Program-made: the position numbers and the translations under genes | Origin: Bacteroidales bacterium | GTDB taxonomy: Bacteria; Bacteroidota; Bacteroidia; Bacteroidales; GCA-2748055 | Direction of reading: 5' to 3' | NCBI GenBank assembly: GCA_041393235.1 | Contig: JAWKKO010000004.1 | Coordinates: 7,581-71,580, forward strand | Length of the DNA: 64,000 nucleotides | Part shown: positions 31,168 through 40,480 of the stretch, piece by piece | How positions within the stretch are numbered: the first letter of the stretch is position 1 | Layout: every line of letters begins with the position of its first letter | Notes under the pieces: model-generated | Seen by the model: the letters and a program-made list of their open reading frames with translations, nothing else | Databases searched by the model: none | Told to the model about the DNA's origin: nothing

Positions 31168-31667
31168 TGGCAAAATTCATCAAAAAGAAAGGGAAGGGCT
31201 TGCAAGCGATCAACACAGCCTCTTTGCCCGACATCGTCTTTATGCTTTTATTCTTTTTCATGGTGGCAACGACGATGAGGGAAACCGAGGTGAAAGTGCG
31301 TGTTCGCGTGCCGGAAGCCACCGAGGTGAAGAAACTGGAGAAGAAATCTCTGGTGAGCTACATCTACATCGGCCGGCCCACAGGCCAGCTGACCTCCATC
31401 TATGGGACGGAACCCATCATCCAGCTGAACGACAAGCTGGTCAACGAGGAGGGCATCCCCTACGAACAAATTCAGGATTATGTGTTGTTCGAACGGGAAA
31501 AGCTCCCCGAAGCTGACAAGAACAAGATGGTCATGTCTCTCCGGATCGACGAGAACATCAACATGGGAAAAGTCGATGACGTGAAACAGGCGCTTCGCAG
31601 GGCCAAAGCCCTTGTGATCAACTATTCTGCACGCCGGGAATACCGGGAGCAGGGCAGGCAGCGCTAG
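31167..31667 (+). CDS. exbD: biopolymer transporter ExbD/TolR (second copy)
   Basis: 166 aa with the SLPDIVFMLLFFFMVATT anchor. TAATG overlap with the previous gene. Confidence 0.85.
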   Translation: MAKFIKKKGKGLQAINTASLPDIVFMLLFFFMVATTMRETEVKVRVRVPEATEVKKLEKKSLVSYIYIGRPTGQLTSIYGTEPIIQLNDKLVNEEGIPYEQIQDYVLFEREKLPEADKNKMVMSLRIDENINMGKVDDVKQALRRAKALVINYSARREYREQGRQR

Positions 31668-31689
31668 CACAACCTCTGAACATACAAAG

Positions 31690-31722
31690 GACCGCATCCC
31701 CACCGGATGCGGTCTTTTTTTT
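31690..31722 (+). terminator. intrinsic terminator after exbD2
   Basis: Perfect 10-bp stem GACCGCATCC/GGATGCGGTC with a 5-nt loop, followed by T8. Confidence 0.85.
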
Positions 31723-31740
31723 GCCCTGTGCTGCAGTTTA

Positions 31741-31828
31741 TGGGATTCGGGTGCACTGCCTCCCGACTTAAAATCTTCCTTCGGAACATTTTGGAGGTCG
31801 GATCGGCAGTGCACCCGAATCCCCGAAC
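31741..31828. repeat. ~88-nt imperfect palindromic element (REP/MITE-like), with a partial extra left-arm copy at 31904..31931
   Basis: GGGATTCGGGTGCACTGCC (31741-31759) pairs with GGCAGTGCACCCGAATCCC (31805-31823). GCACTGCCTCCCGAC recurs at 31906-31920. Confidence 0.6.
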
Positions 31829-31980
31829 GAAGATTGCAATTCTTCGGCAAAAAGAACATCCGGCGGGAATGAAAAAGAAAGAGAACGTCTAACCATGGAC
31901 CGATGGCACTGCCTCCCGACGGAAAATTTTCAGCTCCGAGAAAAGCGCACGACCCGAGGGACGTATGAATGTGGGGGGGG

Positions 31981-32964
31981 TTATTCGTACAGGGCGGTGT
32001 ACATTTGATTCACCATGTCCTGAAAGGTTTCCGGATTGTCGAACATGTTCCGCTTGCCCAGGAAACGCTCCACATGGTAAAACAACTTCGTCTTTTCAAA
32101 GCCGGTGAAACTTTCGATGGCAGAGTCGAAATACAGGCCGCTGATGTTTTCGCCGTAGATTTTCCGCACCGAATTGCCGATGCCAAAGAGGAGATAGTAC
32201 TTGGAGATGGGCTTTGCAGGATTCTCATAGTCACAGAAAATCTTGTCGACATAGCTTCCATTTTCGTAGATCACCACCTCCCGGACAAAACCTTCGTAGG
32301 TGTAGAACACCCATTCGCCATGACGCTGGCGGGTTTTCTTGAAGCCCTGGAACTTGATGGTTCCGTCGCTGTAGAATTCCATCTCCGGATAGTAGAACTT
32401 TCCACTGGGGGCTTTCACCTTCCCATTGACCAGGGTCCGGTCCTCAATTCCGAAATAGGTCAGGTAAGGCATCTCGGCCATGACTTCCTCCGGCTTGACC
32501 GACTCGTCCAGCTTTTCAAAATTGGTTCCGGCAAATACCTCCTCGGCTTGCTCACTGATGAGCTCCTGCTCGTACATTCCGTCTTCAAAGGCTTTCCGGT
32601 CGCGCAACTTGGTAATCAGGATGCCCGTATCCTCATGAACGCTGGCACTCAGGTCCAGGAGGCCCATGGACGTAACGATGAGTTCCTTTTCGTTCCTGTA
32701 CACACTGGAATTCAATTTGTCATGGAACAGAATCCGAAGGTTTTTGAATTCCTTGTACCATTTCTGACCCCGGATCTGGTTCCTTTCCTGCCCGTACACC
32801 AGGGTGATGCGGACATTGCGCTGATCGGCCTGCTGAAACCGAAGGATGATGCTTTCATGCAATTTCAGGACAGGGCAGAAAAAAACAAGTTCATTTTTCG
32901 CTTCGGAAATGAGGCGATCGATCTGGTACGAGGCACCCACAGAAGATAAAAACTCAGCGGCCAT
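31981..32964 (-). CDS. uncharacterised fusion protein: degenerate PLD-like N-terminal domain, MORN/YwqK-type repeats and an unknown C-terminal domain
   Basis: 327 aa. FHDKLNSSVYRNEKELIVTSMGL resembles a degenerate HxK(x)4D...GSxN motif. GKFYYPEMEFYSDGTIKFQGFKKTRQRHGEWVFYTYEG is MORN-variant-like. A/T-richer codons than the flanks. Confidence 0.6.
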   Translation of the reverse strand: MAAEFLSSVGASYQIDRLISEAKNELVFFCPVLKLHESIILRFQQADQRNVRITLVYGQERNQIRGQKWYKEFKNLRILFHDKLNSSVYRNEKELIVTSMGLLDLSASVHEDTGILITKLRDRKAFEDGMYEQELISEQAEEVFAGTNFEKLDESVKPEEVMAEMPYLTYFGIEDRTLVNGKVKAPSGKFYYPEMEFYSDGTIKFQGFKKTRQRHGEWVFYTYEGFVREVVIYENGSYVDKIFCDYENPAKPISKYYLLFGIGNSVRKIYGENISGLYFDSAIESFTGFEKTKLFYHVERFLGKRNMFDNPETFQDMVNQMYTALYE

Positions 32965-33165
32965 TTGTTGATTGGGATTTCAGAGTTACCTACGAAACGA
33001 AAGTAGCCAAAAAAAAATCCGGTTTTCTGTTGAAATATCAACAGTCCGCCCCTGCCCTCCTCCGAATCCCCGAACTGCGGACCATTCGACCTGCGTTCTG
33101 AAACCGGAGGATGCCTATCCTCCCATACGTCATACCGTCCCACAGGGTTTCGTTCCACCCCAAAC

Positions 33166-33200
33166 AAAAAGAGGCTGCTCGCATGAGACAGCCTCTTTTT
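33166..33200 (-). terminator. bidirectional-type hairpin terminator directly after tRNA-Arg
   Basis: A5-AGAGGCTG-(11-nt loop)-CAGCCTCT-T5, ending 1 nt from the tRNA 3' end. Confidence 0.7.
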
Positions 33201-33201
33201 G

Positions 33202-33274
33202 TGACTCCAGGAGGACTCGAACCCCCACCATGGGAACCGGAATCCCACGTTCTATCCAGTTAAACTATGGAGCC
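33202..33274 (-). tRNA. tRNA-Arg (anticodon CCG), no encoded CCA
   Basis: Manual fold of the reverse complement: GGCTCCA-TA-GTTT-AACTGGATA-GAAC-G-TGGGA-TTCCGGT-TCCCA-TGGTG-GGGGG-TTCGAGT-CCTCC-TGGAGTC-A. Confidence 0.9.
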
Positions 33275-33488
33275 GGTGGAGTGCAAAGATAAAAAACTTT
33301 TTCTTCCAACCGACCTGCGAAAAAACACCTGATTGAGGAAAGGTGTTTTTGCGCTAAAATTCAGGGAGAATCCTTAAAACACTTCAGGGGATTTCCTCAT
33401 GAAAGACTGAATTATCTTATGAAACTTTGAAACCGATGACACAAGCAGGAATCCCTTCCCGGCATCCTGCAAACCAAACACAGAAGCC

Positions 33489-35096
33489 ATGTTCAAAAAT
33501 CTCAAAATCAAATTCAAAATCCTATTCTTTCCTGCCACCTTCCTCCTGGTGATGGTGGCTGCGTTTTCGGTGTTCCAGATCACGAACAAAAAATCGGAGC
33601 GCCTTCTGGCACAGATACAGATGGGTTATGTGCCTTTTCTCGACGAAAGCAACACCCTGAGCAACGAGGTCAACAATTTGCAGCGGAGCTTTCAGGAGGC
33701 TGTTTCCTCCGCCTCCGAGGAAATGCTGGAAGAGACCCAGGAAAAATATGCATCGATTCAGCATTTGCTCGACACCATGCAAACCAACCTGGTGGGACAG
33801 GGCAACGACAGCCTGGCCCATCTTGTGGAAACCCTGGATGCCTACCACAACCTGGCCTTTGCCACCTCGGGCGCCATGATCCGGGGAGAATGGTCCGAAG
33901 ACCTTTCGGAAAACATCAGTGGAATGGTGGAATCATTCAAACACATCAACAATCAGTTGGCCGACCTGATTCTGCAGGCCAAACAGGAGGTCAATTCGGC
34001 ATTTGAACAAACCAACCGCACCAACGCCCGATCCACCCAGCTCATCTTGCTCATCCTCACCCTCAGTCTGGTGATCTTCGGCACCATCTCTGTGATCATC
34101 ATCCAACCGCTGAATCGATCTCTTGCCCTGTTGAGCAAGAAAATCGCCCGCGTGGCCGAAGGGGACCTGACGGTGGATCACAACGCCCATGCCCAAATGG
34201 CATCCGATGAGATCGGCGACATGGCCCACCAGATCGACAGCCTTGAGGAAACCCTCCGTTCGGTGATCACCGACCTGCAGTCGGGCATCCAATCCATGAC
34301 CCATTCCAGCCAGGACAACCATTCAACCGCAGAAGATTTGTCCATGGGCGCCAACAAACAAGCCTCCTCCGTGGAAGAAATCGCTTCGACCATCGAAGAA
34401 ATCGCCAGCAACATCGGCCAAAACAGTGACAACGCGCGCAACACACGAACCATCTCGGAGGAAGCCAACACCGGAATGAAAGCCGTGTTGCAGCAAGCCC
34501 GAAAATCGGTGGAAGCCAACAAAAACATCAGCGACAAAGTGGACATCATCTCCGACATCGCCTTTCAAACGAATCTGCTCGCCCTCAATGCGGCCATCGA
34601 AGCTGCACGCGCGGGTGAACATGGCAAGGGGTTTGCCGTCGTTGCGGCGGAAGTCCGAAAACTGGCCGAACGAAGCAAGGTGGCTGCCACGGAAATCGTG
34701 AACCTCAGCGAAGAAAGCTACCGCATGTCGGCCGAAACCCAGAAGGTCATGGATGCAACCATCCCCAAGGTGGAAAAAACCAGCATCCTGGTTCAGGAAA
34801 TCGAAGCGGCCAGTCAGGAACAGGCGCGCGGCACGGAACAGGTCAATGCATCCATTCAGCAACTCAACGACATCACCCAACAAAGTGCGGCGGCCAGCGA
34901 AGAACTGAGCTCCAATGCCAGCAAACTGGCCGATTTGTCAGAAACTCTGAGCCAGCTGATCGCCTTCTTCCGACTTCGGGAAACCGACGGAAACCCAAGC
35001 CGGGAGCTCCCCACCCGTCATTCCGGGGAAACGGTTCCTGAGCCTGAATACGTGGAGGAAGATTATTACGATGCCCAGGAAATGGAGATCCTCTGA
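33489..35096 (+). CDS. methyl-accepting chemotaxis protein (two TM, periplasmic helical sensor, HAMP, MA domain)
   Basis: 535 aa. The signalling hairpin [39 protein letters not shown] is canonical MCP. Confidence 0.9.
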   Translation: MFKNLKIKFKILFFPATFLLVMVAAFSVFQITNKKSERLLAQIQMGYVPFLDESNTLSNEVNNLQRSFQEAVSSASEEMLEETQEKYASIQHLLDTMQTNLVGQGNDSLAHLVETLDAYHNLAFATSGAMIRGEWSEDLSENISGMVESFKHINNQLADLILQAKQEVNSAFEQTNRTNARSTQLILLILTLSLVIFGTISVIIIQPLNRSLALLSKKIARVAEGDLTVDHNAHAQMASDEIGDMAHQIDSLEETLRSVITDLQSGIQSMTHSSQDNHSTAEDLSMGANKQASSVEEIASTIEEIASNIGQNSDNARNTRTISEEANTGMKAVLQQARKSVEANKNISDKVDIISDIAFQTNLLALNAAIEAARAGEHGKGFAVVAAEVRKLAERSKVAATEIVNLSEESYRMSAETQKVMDATIPKVEKTSILVQEIEAASQEQARGTEQVNASIQQLNDITQQSAAASEELSSNASKLADLSETLSQLIAFFRLRETDGNPSRELPTRHSGETVPEPEYVEEDYYDAQEMEIL

Positions 35097-35130
35097 TTCC
35101 GCGAGAAACCAATTTGAGTTCAACCATAAA

Positions 35131-35856
35131 ATGATCATCATGAAAAAAACAGCAAGAACCACCTACGCATTGTTTTTTATCGTCGCTCTATCCTTTGGTT
35201 CCCTGGCCATGGCACTGGAAACCGCAAATCCGGGTCCACCCGAATTTTCCGGCATCGCCATGGGGAAACAGGTGGGATCGATCACCAGTTTCCTGCAGAA
35301 AAACGTCCGGTTGCCAGAGGGAACCGACGCCTTTGGACTGATGGGGACCGCCGTTGTGGAATTCACGGTTTCCGCATCGGGCGAGATCAGCAATTTCAAT
35401 GTCATCAACAGCTTGCTTCCCGCGCTGGACAACGAGATCATCGAAGCGTTGAAACAAACCAACGGCAATTGGAAGCCGGGCACCCAGAATGGGAAGGCCG
35501 TATCGATGAAGCATGAGGTTTCCCTGGTTTTCAAGCCGAATCAGAATTTCGACCTGACCAAGATTGCCACCAACTACACAACAAAAGGCAACGAAAAGCT
35601 TTTGGGAGACCACGATGCCGACAAAGCCTTGAAACAGTATGAGAAGGCCGTCACGTTGTTGCCATACGAATGCTCGTTTCTGGCGTACCGGGGTTTGAGC
35701 AAATACGAACTGGGCGACACCCAGGGCGGAACGGAGGATTTCAAGCGGATCGCCTACATCATGAAGTCCGGGATGGCCGCCTTTGTTCTGGAATCTCTCG
35801 ATCCCCAGGCAAAATCCCTGAAGGGATACCAGGCTCTGGCATCGGCTTTGAAATAA
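35131..35856 (+). CDS. secreted TonB C-terminal-domain protein with TPR-like tail
   Basis: ATG 35131 gives MIIMKKTARTTYALFFIVALSFGSLAMA (signal peptide). GTAVVEFTVSASGEISNFNVINS...EALKQTNGNWKPGTQNGKAV matches the TonB_C pattern. No Pro-rich linker. Confidence 0.65.
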   Translation: MIIMKKTARTTYALFFIVALSFGSLAMALETANPGPPEFSGIAMGKQVGSITSFLQKNVRLPEGTDAFGLMGTAVVEFTVSASGEISNFNVINSLLPALDNEIIEALKQTNGNWKPGTQNGKAVSMKHEVSLVFKPNQNFDLTKIATNYTTKGNEKLLGDHDADKALKQYEKAVTLLPYECSFLAYRGLSKYELGDTQGGTEDFKRIAYIMKSGMAAFVLESLDPQAKSLKGYQALASALK

Positions 35857-35985
35857 GCCCGGACCGCTCCAACGGAGGGAAACGAGCGTTTCCTTCACCA
35901 GGGTTGCAATCCATAAGGAGTGCTTCAAATGGAAGAATGTGCAAAAATTAGGCTATTTTCGCACCCAACATCTGATGCAACCCTT

Positions 35986-38643
35986 ATGGATTACAATTTT
36001 CGTGACATAGAGAAACGCTGGCAAGACCACTGGGAGGAACACCGCACCTTCCGGACCGAAGACGATTTTTCAAATCCGAATAAGTTTTATGTCCTCGACA
36101 TGTTTCCCTATCCCTCCGGAGCGGGATTGCATGTGGGGCATCCCGAAGGGTACACAGCCACCGACATCGTGGCCCGGTACAAACGAATGCGCGGCTACAA
36201 CGTGCTCCATCCCATGGGCTGGGATGCCTTTGGCTTGCCTGCCGAACAATATGCCATCGAGACCGGAACCCATCCGGCTCTGACCACGCGGAAAAACTGC
36301 GACAACTTCCGCCGGCAGATCAAGACCCTGGGGCTTGGATACGATTGGGACCGGGAGGTCAACACAACGGATCCCGGTTACTTCAAATGGACCCAGTGGA
36401 TCTTCATCCGACTCTACAACACCTGGTTCGACAAAGAACAACAAAAAGGGCGTCCCATTGAGGAATTGCCCGTGCCTTCGGACGTACGCGAGAAAGGGAA
36501 AAAGGCGGTGGAAACCTACCGTGCCGGGTACAGGCTGGCTTACTACGACAACGCCCAGGTGTGGTGGTGTCCCAACTGCAAGATCGTCTGCGCCAACGAA
36601 GAAGTCCTCAATGACGGCAGTCACGAGAAATGCGGCCACCGCGTCGAAAAAAAGAACTTAAAACAATGGATGCTTCGCATCCCGCACTATGCCGAGCGGT
36701 TGCTCAAAGGCCTGGATACGCTGGATTGGCCCGAAGGAGTCAAAGACATGCAGCGCAACTGGATCGGGCGATCGACCGGTGCGGAAGTGGATTTCCGGGT
36801 CGATGGATCGTCGGATGTGATCCGGGTGTTCACCACCCGGCCCGACACCCTGTTCGGTGCCACATACATGGTGATGGCCCCCGAGCACGAATTGCTGGAC
36901 AACCTGGTTCACTCCGACCAACGCAAGGAAGTGGATTCCTACGTGGCCCAGGCCGGTCTCAAATCGGACCTGGACCGGTCCGATCTTTCCAAAGCCAAAA
37001 CCGGAGTATTCACCGGTGCCTATGCCATCAATCCGGTGAACCGGGAAAAGATCCCCATCTGGGTGGCGGATTACGTCCTCATGGGCTATGGGACCGGCGC
37101 CATCATGGCTGTCCCGGCGCATGACACGAGGGACTTCCAGTTCGCACAGACCTTCGGCCTGTCCATTCCCTGCATCCTGGAACCCGAGACCGACGACGAA
37201 GAACTGAAGAGGAAGGTGCTGGCGGGCGAAGCCTGCTGGACCGAGGACGGCCGATACATCCGTTCGGCTTCGGAAGCAAGCGGACTGGACATCAACGGCT
37301 TGACAAAGGAGGAAGGAATTGCCATGACCATCTCCTGGCTGGAAAAGAACCGTCTGGGCACCGCCGCCGTGAACTACAAAATCCGGGACTGGCTGTTCAG
37401 CCGCCAGCGCTACTGGGGGGAACCATTCCCGGTGATGCATTGGGAAGACGGGGAGATCAGCCTCCTGGCAGACGGAGACCTTCCTCTGGAACTCCCCCAA
37501 TTGGAAAAATACGAACCGGGAGCCCATGGGGAATCGCCCCTGGCCAACGCCACTGACTGGCTTCACGTCACCGACGAAAACGGCCGGAAGGGAGTGCGCG
37601 AGACCAACACCATGCCCCAATGGGCGGGCTCCTGCTGGTACTACCTCCGGTACATCGATCCCGGCAATGATTCCGCACCTTTTTCATCGGAAAAGGAGAA
37701 ATACTGGATGCCCGTGGATCTGTACATCGGTGGAGCGGAGCATGCCGTTTTGCATCTTCTGTACAGCCGGTTCTGGCACAAGGTGCTCTTCGATCTGGGC
37801 ATCGTCAGCACCGACGAGCCCTACCAGAAACTGTTCAATCAGGGAATGATCCTGGCCTTTGCTTACGAAACCCAGGCCGGTGCCAAAGTCCCTTCCGACC
37901 AGGTGGAAGAAAAGGACGGAAGTTTCTTCCACAGGGAAACAGGGGAAGAACTGAAGCAGATCGTTGCCAAAATGTCAAAATCCCTCAAGAACGTCGTCAA
38001 TCCGGATGATGTGGTCCAGAACTTCGGGGCCGATTCGCTTCGTTTGTACGAAATGTTCCTCGGTCCGCTCGATGCCGTGAAACCCTGGGTCGAAAACGGA
38101 GTCAAAGGGGTGTACAATTTCCTGAACCGGGTGCACCGCTTTTTCATGGACAAGGACAACTATCACACAACCGAAGAAGATCCGGAGGTAACCAAAGCAC
38201 TCCATGCCACCATCAAAAAGGTGGGGGACGACATCGAAGGCCTGCATTTCAATACGGCCATTTCCCAGATGATGATCTTCTCCAACCTCTGTGGCAAGAA
38301 AAAGCAGGTCCATGCCGACACGGCACGCGCCTTCATCCGGACCCTCGCCCCCTTCGCCCCGCATCTTGCCGAGGAAGTCTGGCATTTCCTGGGCCAGGAA
38401 AAGTCGGTCGCTCTCAGTGCCTGGCCGGCTTTCGATGAAAAATACCTCCGGGAAGACAGCCATGAATACCCGGTGATGATCAACGGAAAACTCCGGTTCA
38501 AGATCACCTTGCCGCTGGACCTGAAGGAAGACGAGGTGCGGCAAAGGGCGTTGGCACACGAAACCGCGCTGAAATGGGCAGAAGGGAAACCTGTCCGGAA
38601 ATTCGTTTTCGTTCCCCAAAAAATCATCAACATCGTGGTCTGA
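35986..38643 (+). CDS. leuS: leucine--tRNA ligase
   Basis: ATG 35986 gives MDYNFRDIEKRWQDHW.... HIGH-type (HVGHPEGY) and KMSKS motifs are present. Confidence 0.96.
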   Translation: MDYNFRDIEKRWQDHWEEHRTFRTEDDFSNPNKFYVLDMFPYPSGAGLHVGHPEGYTATDIVARYKRMRGYNVLHPMGWDAFGLPAEQYAIETGTHPALTTRKNCDNFRRQIKTLGLGYDWDREVNTTDPGYFKWTQWIFIRLYNTWFDKEQQKGRPIEELPVPSDVREKGKKAVETYRAGYRLAYYDNAQVWWCPNCKIVCANEEVLNDGSHEKCGHRVEKKNLKQWMLRIPHYAERLLKGLDTLDWPEGVKDMQRNWIGRSTGAEVDFRVDGSSDVIRVFTTRPDTLFGATYMVMAPEHELLDNLVHSDQRKEVDSYVAQAGLKSDLDRSDLSKAKTGVFTGAYAINPVNREKIPIWVADYVLMGYGTGAIMAVPAHDTRDFQFAQTFGLSIPCILEPETDDEELKRKVLAGEACWTEDGRYIRSASEASGLDINGLTKEEGIAMTISWLEKNRLGTAAVNYKIRDWLFSRQRYWGEPFPVMHWEDGEISLLADGDLPLELPQLEKYEPGAHGESPLANATDWLHVTDENGRKGVRETNTMPQWAGSCWYYLRYIDPGNDSAPFSSEKEKYWMPVDLYIGGAEHAVLHLLYSRFWHKVLFDLGIVSTDEPYQKLFNQGMILAFAYETQAGAKVPSDQVEEKDGSFFHRETGEELKQIVAKMSKSLKNVVNPDDVVQNFGADSLRLYEMFLGPLDAVKPWVENGVKGVYNFLNRVHRFFMDKDNYHTTEEDPEVTKALHATIKKVGDDIEGLHFNTAISQMMIFSNLCGKKKQVHADTARAFIRTLAPFAPHLAEEVWHFLGQEKSVALSAWPAFDEKYLREDSHEYPVMINGKLRFKITLPLDLKEDEVRQRALAHETALKWAEGKPVRKFVFVPQKIINIVV

Positions 38644-38644
38644 C

Positions 38645-39907
38645 ATGAAGCGGAAGGGTTTCTTTTGGATGGGCCTGGTTGCCGTCCTGCTGGTCGCAGG
38701 AGCGGCCATGTTTTCCGGTGCCAGGCATGCAGCACCTCCGGAGCCTCCGGTCCATTCCCTTCCCGCGTTGCCGGACACAGTCCGGTCCAGCGAGGACAGC
38801 CTTCCCGTCACCCTCTATGGCGTGGACCTGAGTGGCTACCGGGTGGAACAAATGTACGTGGGCCGAAACCAAACCCTGGCCGATCTGTTGTTGCCTGCCG
38901 GCATTTCCATGCAGAAAGTGGTGGAAATCTCCTCCCTTCCCGACAGCCTCATCAACGAACGGCGTATCAAAATGGGGAACCGGTACAGCCTGTTTTTCCG
39001 GCCCGATTCGGTGGTGGATTTCTTTGTGTATGAAAAAGATGCCCTCACCTATGTGCTGGTGGACCTGCGGGGAGGGAGCATCGCCGCCCGGCAGGGCATG
39101 AAGCCCGTGATCCGTCAGTGGAAGACGGCAGCAGGCACCATCGAGAGTTCGCTCTGGCTGGCCATGAAAGAACAGGAAACCAACCCCTTGCTCGCCGTTG
39201 AACTCAGCGAGATATTCGCCTGGTCCATCGACTTTTTCGGGATTCAGCCGGGCGACCAATACAAAGTGATCTATGAGGAATCCTACGTGGATTCCGTTTC
39301 GGTGGGCATCGACCGGGTCTTGGGAGCCTGGTTTTCCCACAATGGTGCGGACTTCTGGGGCATCCCCTTCATGCAGGACGGGGTCCGGAGCTTTTACGAC
39401 GAGGAAGGCAACAGCCTGAGAAAAGCCTTCTTGAAGGCCCCCCTTCGGTATTCCCGAATCAGCTCAGGATTTTCCAACTCCCGCTTTCATCCGGTTTTGA
39501 AGATCCGGCGGCCCCATCATGGCGTCGATTACGCCGCCCCGGCCGGCACCCCGGTGCAAACGGTGGGCGATGGCGTGGTGACGAAAATCGGATACCAAGC
39601 CAATGGCGGAGGCAACTATGTGAGCATCAAACACAACAGTGTGTATTCCACCACCTACATGCACCTGAAGGGCTTTGCCTCCGGCCTCCGGCAGGGACAA
39701 TACGTCAAACAGGGAGATGTGATTGGCTACGTGGGCAGTTCGGGCCTGGCCACCGGTCCGCACCTGGATTTCCGCTTCTACAAGAACGGCAGCGCTGTCA
39801 ATCCTCTCCGCGTGGAAGCCCCTCCGGTGGAACCGGTGGGCGATTCCCTGCGAGTCTTTTTCGATGTCAAGCGGACGCTGGTGATGCAAGCCCTTCGCTG
39901 GGTTTAG
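38645..39907 (+). CDS. M23 family peptidoglycan metalloendopeptidase
   Basis: 420 aa with an N-terminal anchor and the HHGVDYAAPAGTPV ... GPHLDFRF catalytic motifs. Confidence 0.88.
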   Translation: MKRKGFFWMGLVAVLLVAGAAMFSGARHAAPPEPPVHSLPALPDTVRSSEDSLPVTLYGVDLSGYRVEQMYVGRNQTLADLLLPAGISMQKVVEISSLPDSLINERRIKMGNRYSLFFRPDSVVDFFVYEKDALTYVLVDLRGGSIAARQGMKPVIRQWKTAAGTIESSLWLAMKEQETNPLLAVELSEIFAWSIDFFGIQPGDQYKVIYEESYVDSVSVGIDRVLGAWFSHNGADFWGIPFMQDGVRSFYDEEGNSLRKAFLKAPLRYSRISSGFSNSRFHPVLKIRRPHHGVDYAAPAGTPVQTVGDGVVTKIGYQANGGGNYVSIKHNSVYSTTYMHLKGFASGLRQGQYVKQGDVIGYVGSSGLATGPHLDFRFYKNGSAVNPLRVEAPPVEPVGDSLRVFFDVKRTLVMQALRWV

Positions 39908-39919
39908 CCGGCCGGTGCC

Positions 39920-40480
39920 TCACAGAAGCTTTTCCACAACGCCTGGGAAATGGGCATATTCCAGGGCGTGAACCCTGGCAGCCAGAACATCGGGCGTATC
40001 CCCCGCTTCCACAGGGCAGCGGGCCTGAAAAATGACATCCCCTTCGTCGTACTTCGCATTGACATGGTGGATGGTGATGCCCGATTCCTTTTCCCCGGCG
40101 GCAAGCACGGCTTCGTGAACCCGCTGCCCGTACATCCCCTTCCCGCCGTAAGCTGGCAGAAGTGCCGGATGGATGTTGACGATCCTTCCCGGATAGGCTT
40201 CCACCAGTTCGCCGGGCACAAGCCAGAGAAACCCGGCCAGAACCAAAAAATCGATGCGGGCTTCCTGCAGGACCTGCAGGACCTCCCCGGTTTCGCTGAA
40301 CTGGGTACGGTCGAACAGATGCACCGGTACCGAGAGCCTGCCCGCTCGATCGATGACTCCGGCTCCGGGCTTGTTGCAGAGGACCAAAACCACCTCTCCT
40401 TTGTCACTCGTTCGAAAATGCCGGATGAGGTTCTCCGCATTGGTGCCCGATCCGGATGCGAAAACCGCGATGCGCTTCAT
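39920..40480 (-). CDS. purN: phosphoribosylglycinamide formyltransferase
   Basis: 186 aa with VFASGSGTNAENL and NIHPALLPAYGGKGMYG. Confidence 0.93.
   Translation of the reverse strand: MKRIAVFASGSGTNAENLIRHFRTSDKGEVVLVLCNKPGAGVIDRAGRLSVPVHLFDRTQFSETGEVLQVLQEARIDFLVLAGFLWLVPGELVEAYPGRIVNIHPALLPAYGGKGMYGQRVHEAVLAAGEKESGITIHHVNAKYDEGDVIFQARCPVEAGDTPDVLAARVHALEYAHFPGVVEKLL

Noticed and set aside
31707-31892. 61-aa ORF in the exbD / PLD-MORN spacer
   Set aside because: It is made up of the palindromic repeat arms. There is no coding-like composition or start context.
31814-33075. The 14-nt direct repeat CCGAATCCCCGAAC flanking the PLD/MORN gene considered as att sites of an integrated element next to tRNA-Arg
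   Set aside because: No integrase or recombinase is present, and the repeat does not overlap the tRNA. A 14-mer match at this distance is only weakly improbable by chance. It is kept as a side note under the palindromic-element finding.
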